From: Candidatus Magasanikiibacteriota bacterium
GTDB taxonomy: Bacteria; Patescibacteriota; Patescibacteriia; Magasanikbacterales; GWA2-37-8
NCBI GenBank assembly: GCA_036744835.1
Contig: DAIOHD010000001.1
Span: forward strand, 547,910-611,909
Direction: 5' to 3'
Length of the DNA stretch: 64,000 bases
The notes below the pieces were generated by a model. That model saw nothing but the letters and a program-made list of their open reading frames with translations, was not told where the DNA came from and did no database searches. The position numbers and the translations under genes are program-made. How positions within the stretch are numbered: the stretch's first letter is position 1; every line of letters begins with the position of its first letter. Below, piece by piece: positions 58,360 to 64,000 of the stretch.

Positions 58360-59229
58360 TTAACTTTCTTTACCTGTTTTTTGCAAATCTTTCAAATAAT
58401 TTTCTTTTATCAATCTTTTTATAATATCCCTGACTAAATAAGCTTTCTTAATTTCCGGAGAAAGCTTATCGGTCTTTTTGTCTTTTTTTTCTTTATTTAA
58501 AGAAACAACTTTGGTATAGGTTTTTTCCGTTAAATTATCAGTACCAAAAGGATAACATTCTATCTCTTCGGGTTTGTCCAAACTAATATAATCAAGGGGA
58601 AATTTATCTTTAAAATCTTCATTTTCCTTATGAATAACAAAAATTTTTATATGAGAAAAACCATTTTCCTCAAAAAATTTTAAAACATTTTGTAACGATT
58701 CTCCTCCGTGTACACAATTGTCATAAATCAAAAGTGGCTTGTCTCTATCTTTTAATAATTGAGAGTAAGTCTTCTTAAAATCCTCGTTAATTTCTTCTTC
58801 ATCTCTTATAAGAGAAATGCTTTCTTGCCTGTCATATTTCATCTTTCGGTCATAAAATATTTTATCACTCGTATTGGGATATCTTTCATTACTAACAAAG
58901 CCCCTAGGATTAGTAAAATAAATATGAGGATTTTTATTCTTTCTATCTTCATTTTCTTGGAGAAGGCGCCAATACTCACGTAATCCTACACAAACATTTC
59001 GAGCACTACGATCAAGCAAAACTATATTTTCAATATTATTTTTATCTATATATTCAGCGATTTTTTTGATATATTCATAAGACTGCCTCTCTAATTGAAA
59101 ATTTTTAAAAAACTCCACCGGATATGGGTTTTTATACCCCTCTTGTCTAAGTTCTTCTTTTTTCAAAATTTCTTTATTTTTAGCTTCTTCTGTTTGAGAA
59201 ATATATTTTTCAATAAAACCCTCTTTCAT
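58360..59229 (-). CDS. Phosphoribosyltransferase-fold (PRTase-like) protein
   Basis: IVLLDRSARNVCVGL and the PRPP-loop-like KPLLIYDNCVHGGESL. Overlaps the AlkD-like gene by 4 nt. Confidence 0.45.
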   Translation of the reverse strand: MKEGFIEKYISQTEEAKNKEILKKEELRQEGYKNPYPVEFFKNFQLERQSYEYIKKIAEYIDKNNIENIVLLDRSARNVCVGLREYWRLLQENEDRKNKNPHIYFTNPRGFVSNERYPNTSDKIFYDRKMKYDRQESISLIRDEEEINEDFKKTYSQLLKDRDKPLLIYDNCVHGGESLQNVLKFFEENGFSHIKIFVIHKENEDFKDKFPLDYISLDKPEEIECYPFGTDNLTEKTYTKVVSLNKEKKDKKTDKLSPEIKKAYLVRDIIKRLIKENYLKDLQKTGKES

Positions 59230-59933
59230 ATTTTATTTTTCAAATAATTTAATCTTTTATTTTCTTCAAATTTTTCTATTGCGTAACGCAACATAGTGCG
59301 TGGCATTTGACGATAGTATTTTTTCAAAAACTTTTCTTCTTTTTCTTCCCCGCAACGTTTACCAACTTCTCGGAGCATCCAACCTACAGCTTTGTGTATC
59401 AAATCATGTTTATCCTGAAGTAAATTTTCTGAAATTTTCAAAGTTAGTTCGCAATCACCTTTTTTTATGTAATGAAAAGTAGATAAAATAGCTATTCGGC
59501 GTTCCCATAAATTTTTGGATTGTACCAATTTAAAAAGAACATCTTTATTTTTATTTTTCAAATAGGGGCCGACGATTTTTTCCGCAGTCAAGTCTACCAA
59601 ATCCCAATTGTTTATTTTTTTAGTATTTTTTAAATAAAATTTACAAATCTTTTTTTGCCCCCGTGTATCAGCTCGCGAATATTTTACTACTAAAATCAAA
59701 AGTGCACTCAATCTTTCTTCATGATAAACACTATTCAATAATTTCTGTAAATCATTCAACTCCAAATCTATAAATTCTTTTATTGTTGACCTAATATCAG
59801 GAACTGTTACACCTAAAAATTTGTCTCCTTGTCCATATTGCCCAGGACCGGTTTTGAAAAAACGAGCCAAAATAATTGCTTTTTCTTTGCTCGCTTTTTT
59901 TCTTAACTCTTTTTTAAATGATTCAATTGCCAC
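59226..59933 (-). CDS. DNA alkylation repair protein (AlkD/AlkC-like HEAT-repeat glycosylase family)
   Basis: ALK-repeat composition (KKELRKKASKEKAIILARFFKTGPGQY..., WMLREVGKR...). Confidence 0.6.
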   Translation of the reverse strand: MAIESFKKELRKKASKEKAIILARFFKTGPGQYGQGDKFLGVTVPDIRSTIKEFIDLELNDLQKLLNSVYHEERLSALLILVVKYSRADTRGQKKICKFYLKNTKKINNWDLVDLTAEKIVGPYLKNKNKDVLFKLVQSKNLWERRIAILSTFHYIKKGDCELTLKISENLLQDKHDLIHKAVGWMLREVGKRCGEEKEEKFLKKYYRQMPRTMLRYAIEKFEENKRLNYLKNKI

Positions 59934-59939
59934 AAAATT

Positions 59940-60488
59940 TTAAATTCCACATTCTCCACGAAATAACGCCCATTCTTCGCAAACTTTACCACCAGGTAGC
60001 GTACAATAACCAATCTGACCATCTATTTCATCTTTGATTTCCAAAACTCCGCCTAATTCTGTACAATGTACAGAAGCCGGATTGGCTAGACCGGTTTTTC
60101 CGCCTTGTTTACACTCACCACTATAAGAAATCTCCACTCCCGTGCATTTGGCACCACAAGCATTGCCATAAGTTTTACCATCAATTCCACAAACTGGTGC
60201 ATATTCCATAGTACATATACAACCTTCTTCCAGATTATCATCTTTTTTTTCTGAATAAATAGCATCTCTTAGGTCATTACATTCTCCGTCATAACGCTTA
60301 GTAGTTCCGGCTTTTTCCATAAAACATTCATTTACATAAGTATAATCATCTACAGCACAAACTTTTTTAATTTCTAACGGACAATTTTCTAAATTTTTTA
60401 TCAAATTTTTAAAATAACACATACTACTTCCATAAGCTATGGAACCAACCACCAAAAATACTACCGCTAAAATTATGATTTTCTTCAT
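59940..60488 (-). CDS. Secreted protein with two Kazal-type inhibitor-like domains and a C-terminal DUF333
   Basis: Signal peptide [20 protein letters not shown]. Kazal motif [27 protein letters not shown]333 motif [39 protein letters not shown] start at 60488 is preferred over the GTG at 60518. Confidence 0.6.
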   Translation of the reverse strand: MKKIIILAVVFLVVGSIAYGSSMCYFKNLIKNLENCPLEIKKVCAVDDYTYVNECFMEKAGTTKRYDGECNDLRDAIYSEKKDDNLEEGCICTMEYAPVCGIDGKTYGNACGAKCTGVEISYSGECKQGGKTGLANPASVHCTELGGVLEIKDEIDGQIGYCTLPGGKVCEEWALFRGECGI

Positions 60489-60596
60489 ATTTAATTTTTT
60501 ATTATATATATTAAACACCTTTATATAATAAATCTGAATAGAAATTAAGTCAAAAAATTAAAAAACCAACCTTTGAAAAGGCGGTTTTTTCTGTTT

Positions 60597-61697
60597 TTAT
60601 AAATCTTTTTTCAATTCTTCCAATTTCTTTTTCAAATCTCTGCTAATATGTTTAGGAACTTTGATTTTTACTTTTATATAATGGTCTCCTCTGCCTTTTT
60701 GACGTAAGTAAGGAATACCTTTATCTTTTAGGCGAATCAACTGGCCTGATTCAATACCTTCGGGAATCATTATTTTTTCCACACCGTCGAGAGTTTCTAT
60801 TTCCACTTTATCACCCAATACGGCTTGTGGATAACTAATTTCACAATCTGTAAATATTTCATAACCCTCACGAGAAAAATATTTATTTTTCTTAATATGA
60901 ATACGGACATACAAATCTCCGCTCATGCCATTATAAGCAGCAGCCTCACCGTACCCGCTTAAGCGGATAGATTCACCATCATTAATACCTGATGGAATTT
61001 TTACTTGGAAAGTATTATTTTTGGTTATTACCCCATCACCACCACAGTGTTTACATTTTGAACTAGGTTTTTGACCTCGCCCATGACAATCAGGACAAAT
61101 AGCTGCTTGTTGGATAGTACCAAAAATAGTGCGCTGATTATGCACGACTTGTCCGTGTCCGCCACAAGTACTACATTTTTCTAACTTACTACCTGCTTCA
61201 GCGCCGCTGCCCTGACAAACATCACAGGTGGTTTTTTTACGTAAACTTAATTCTCTTTCCACCCCAAAAGCAGCTTCTTTAAAATCCAGTTCTACATCCA
61301 CTTCTATATCACGACCGCGTGATTTACTACCTCGTCCACGTGAACCTCCGCTAAAACCAAAAAGATCACCAAAAATATCTCCGAAATCACCACCACCAAA
61401 ATTGAAATTGAAATCACCGCCACCTTGACCACGAGCTGCGCGCATAAAATCTTCCCAGCCGGCCCCACCGCCGAATCCGCCTTGTTGTTCAAAATCAGCA
61501 CCAAATTGATCGTATTGTTTGCGTTTTTGTTCATTACCAAGAACTTGATAGGCTTCGTTGGCTTCTTTAAATTTAACTTCATCACCACCCTGTTTATCAG
61601 GATGGTGTTGATGAGCCATTTTTTGGAAAGCTTTACGAATTTCGTCTTTACTGGCGTTTTTTTCTATACCAAGTATTTTATAATAATCCTTTGACAT
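60597..61697 (-). CDS. dnaJ: Chaperone DnaJ
   Basis: J-domain HPD, G/F-rich region and four CxxCxGxG zinc motifs. Confidence 0.9.
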   Translation of the reverse strand: MSKDYYKILGIEKNASKDEIRKAFQKMAHQHHPDKQGGDEVKFKEANEAYQVLGNEQKRKQYDQFGADFEQQGGFGGGAGWEDFMRAARGQGGGDFNFNFGGGDFGDIFGDLFGFSGGSRGRGSKSRGRDIEVDVELDFKEAAFGVERELSLRKKTTCDVCQGSGAEAGSKLEKCSTCGGHGQVVHNQRTIFGTIQQAAICPDCHGRGQKPSSKCKHCGGDGVITKNNTFQVKIPSGINDGESIRLSGYGEAAAYNGMSGDLYVRIHIKKNKYFSREGYEIFTDCEISYPQAVLGDKVEIETLDGVEKIMIPEGIESGQLIRLKDKGIPYLRQKGRGDHYIKVKIKVPKHISRDLKKKLEELKKDL

Positions 61698-61781
61698 AAA
61701 AGTATTATAGTATACCGTATATCGTATGTCGTATTACAATATTTTAAAATACTATATACGATATACTAAATACGAAATACA

Positions 61782-63683
61782 TTATTTTACTACTTCCCCT
61801 TCTATCGGCCCTTGTTCATTTCCATCTTTCTTTTCTTCGGTTTTATTTTCCGCCCCTGGAGTTCCAGCTTGTTGGTTTTGTTGATACATTTTAGCACCAA
61901 CAACTTGGGCATCTTTACTTAATGCATCGGCTGCTTTTTTGATAGCTTCCACGTCATCTTTATCTTTTACATCTTTTAATGCCTTTACACCTTCTTCGAC
62001 TTTTTTCTTTTCATCGTCGGTAATTTCAATTTTCTTTTCTTCAATTTCTTTCATCATTTTTTCTGTCGTATAAATCATAGTATCGGCCAAATTACGAGCT
62101 TCAATAAGTTCTTGTTTTTTCTTATCTTCGTCAGCATGAGCTTCAGCTTCTTTTTTCATTTTTTCTATTTCATCTTTATTTAAACCAGAAGATGATTCAA
62201 TACGCACGGATTGTTCTTTACCCGTTCCTTTGTCTTTGGCTTTAACATTTAAAATACCGTTGGCATCAATATCAAAATGTACTTCAACTTGAGGAACACC
62301 GCGCGGCGCCATTGGAATTCCGTCTAACATAAATCTACCCAACGTTTTATTATCAGGGGCCATCGGACGTTCACCTTGTAAAATATGAATCTCCACACTT
62401 GGTTGATTATCGGCAGCTGTTGAAAATACTTGGGATTTGGAAGTTGGAATAGTGGTGTTACGTTCAATAAGTTTGGTCATTACACCACCCATTGTTTCAA
62501 TACCCAAAGAAAGAGGTGTTACATCAAGCAACAAAACATCTTTGACATCACCTTGGAGCACACCGCCTTGTACTGCAGCACCAGAAGCTACTACTTCATC
62601 TGGATTTACGGTAATATTTGGTTTTTTGCCAAAGAATTTTTCTACGGTAGAAATAACCAATGGCATACGAGTCATACCGCCGACCATCACTACTTCGTGC
62701 AAATCACCCGTAGATAATTTAGCGTCTTCCAATGCTTTTTTTACTGGAATCAGTGTTTTTTCTACCAAATCCCCCACTAATTCTTCTAATTTAGAACGAG
62801 TTAATTTCATCACTAAATGTTTTGGTCCAGTAGCATCAGAAGTGATAAACGGCTGATTGATTTCACTTTCTTGTGCGGTAGATAATTCAATTTTTGCTTT
62901 TTCTGCAGCTTCTTTGATGCGTTGAAGTGCCAAAGTATCTTTGCTTAGATCAATACCTTGGTCTTTTTTAAATTCATCCAAAATCCAATTGATAACTACT
63001 TGATCAAAATCATCTCCACCAAGATGAGTATCGCCGTTGGTAGAAAGAACTTGTACGGTATCAGCAGAAACATCCAAAATAGAAATATCAAAAGTACCAC
63101 CACCCAAATCATACACTGCAATTTTCTGATCTTTCTTTTTATCAAAACCATAAGCTAAAGCGGCAGCGGTTGGCTCATTGATGATACGCAAAACTTTCAA
63201 ACCGGCAATTTCTCCGGCATCTTTGGTGGCTTGACGTTGAGAATCATCAAAATATGCTGGCACGGTGATAACCGCTTCGGTAATTTTTTCTCCCAACCTT
63301 TCTTCCGCATCAGCTTTTAATTTTTGCAAAATCATGGCGGAAATTTCTTGCGGTGAATATTCTTTATCGCCCATTTTAATTTTTACCCCTTCGCCGGATT
63401 TTACAATTTTATAAGGCATCAAACTAACATCACGTTGAACTTCCGCATCGTCAAAACGACGACCGATAAGACGCTTGATGGAATATAAGGTGTTTTCCGG
63501 ATTGGTCACAGCTTGGCGTTTAGCCAATTGACCAACTAATCTTTCACCGGTTTTAGAAATAGCAACAATAGAAGGAGTTGTACGATTGCCTTCTTTGTTT
63601 TCCAAAACTTTCGGTTGACCACCTTCGATAATGGCCATGCAGGAATTAGTAGTTCCCAAATCGATTCCTAATACTTTACCCAT
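61782..63683 (-). CDS. dnaK: Chaperone DnaK (Hsp70)
   Basis: [16 protein letters not shown] and Hsp70 substrate-binding domain. Confidence 0.95.
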   Translation of the reverse strand: MGKVLGIDLGTTNSCMAIIEGGQPKVLENKEGNRTTPSIVAISKTGERLVGQLAKRQAVTNPENTLYSIKRLIGRRFDDAEVQRDVSLMPYKIVKSGEGVKIKMGDKEYSPQEISAMILQKLKADAEERLGEKITEAVITVPAYFDDSQRQATKDAGEIAGLKVLRIINEPTAAALAYGFDKKKDQKIAVYDLGGGTFDISILDVSADTVQVLSTNGDTHLGGDDFDQVVINWILDEFKKDQGIDLSKDTLALQRIKEAAEKAKIELSTAQESEINQPFITSDATGPKHLVMKLTRSKLEELVGDLVEKTLIPVKKALEDAKLSTGDLHEVVMVGGMTRMPLVISTVEKFFGKKPNITVNPDEVVASGAAVQGGVLQGDVKDVLLLDVTPLSLGIETMGGVMTKLIERNTTIPTSKSQVFSTAADNQPSVEIHILQGERPMAPDNKTLGRFMLDGIPMAPRGVPQVEVHFDIDANGILNVKAKDKGTGKEQSVRIESSSGLNKDEIEKMKKEAEAHADEDKKKQELIEARNLADTMIYTTEKMMKEIEEKKIEITDDEKKKVEEGVKALKDVKDKDDVEAIKKAADALSKDAQVVGAKMYQQNQQAGTPGAENKTEEKKDGNEQGPIEGEVVK

Positions 63684-63706
63684 ATGTGTATAAATTAAGT
63701 TATTAA

Positions 63707-64000
63707 TTATTTATTTATTATTACTTTTGCTGGTTTGATAATTTTATCTCCAACTTTATAACCACCATCAACTTCTTTTAAAATAATGTGGGATTCTACA
63801 CCATCCTGCTCTTCTTCTTTTATTGCTTCGTGAAATTTTGGATCAAATTTCTCACCCACAGTTTTAATTTCCTCCACTCCGTGGCTTTTCAAAACACTTT
63901 CAAACTGCTTCATTATATAGCCTATCCCGTCCGCCCATTTTTGTTGTTCAGCGCTGAAGCCTGAAGTCTGAAGTCTAAAAGCCAGTTTAAAATTCTCATA
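63707..64000 (-). CDS. grpE: GrpE nucleotide-exchange factor; 3' portion present, the 5' end lies beyond the window
   Basis: C-terminal FDPKFHEA...[14 protein letters not shown] GrpE motif. The reading frame stays open upstream to position 64000. Confidence 0.7.
   Translation of the reverse strand, partial: YENFKLAFRLQTSGFSAEQQKWADGIGYIMKQFESVLKSHGVEEIKTVGEKFDPKFHEAIKEEEQDGVESHIILKEVDGGYKVGDKIIKPAKVIINK

Noticed and set aside
61698-61781. CIRCE (HrcA operator) between dnaK and dnaJ or elsewhere near the chaperone genes
   Set aside because: No TTAGCACTC-N9-GAGTGCTAA inverted repeat is visible in the window. The dnaK/grpE promoter region lies beyond position 64000.

Overview
AT-rich (~30% GC) bacterial contig in which almost every gene is on the minus strand. 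Gene content and the reduced, fermentative repertoire are consistent with a Patescibacteria/CPR-like or similarly streamlined genome; this placement is an inference.

Recognisable gene blocks, left to right:
- 1-8.2 kb: a surface-glycan cluster with a GT6-like glycosyltransferase (partial), two SAM methyltransferases, a GT4 glycosyltransferase, an FkbM methyltransferase, a Wzx-like flippase and an O-antigen-ligase/TPR protein.
- 8.3-16.3 kb: tsaE, queH, rarA, a PLD/cardiolipin-synthase-like gene, a UvrD-like helicase carrying an embedded DnaQ exonuclease domain, and lgt.
- 16.8-23.4 kb: a complete F1Fo ATP synthase operon (atpI-like, B, E, F, H, A, G, D, C).
- 23.5-36.1 kb: tatD, a MEMO-CapA fusion, cvpA, metG, rsmI, the rrf2-nifS-nifU-ferredoxin Fe-S operon, a grx-like gene, thiI and a short proS.
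- 38-48 kb: uppP, a receiver-only response regulator, a GMP-reductase-like gene, tRNA-Glu, murF, a PBP2 and typA.
- 49.9-57.3 kb: a fermentative H2/acetate module (ADP-forming acetyl-CoA synthetase, 2-oxoacid:ferredoxin oxidoreductase, [FeFe] hydrogenase HydA plus a NuoF-like subunit).
- 57.4-64 kb: HU and the grpE(partial)-dnaK-dnaJ chaperone genes.

No rRNA and no CRISPR array are present.

The most interesting signals lie outside the standard genes:
- A conserved promoter/operator palindrome (TTGAC-N6-GTCAA, overlapping a consensus -35) is shared by three small unusual genes: an unannotated 43-aa metallothionein-like Cys-rich peptide, a small secreted Cys protein that has an attenuator-like leader, and a 17-aa-repeat membrane protein.
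- A ~590-nt GC-rich, ORF-free, promoter-to-terminator region is a candidate large structured ncRNA.
- A tRNA-Glu is followed by two direct copies of its own 3' end, each capped by a terminator and enclosing perfect-hairpin modules.
- A MITE-like family with (tcaaaag)n / (gttttgag)n terminal inverted repeats and compensatory stem changes occurs at four loci.
- A general, unusual intergenic architecture of word-built AT-rich palindromes, some with GC hairpin cores.
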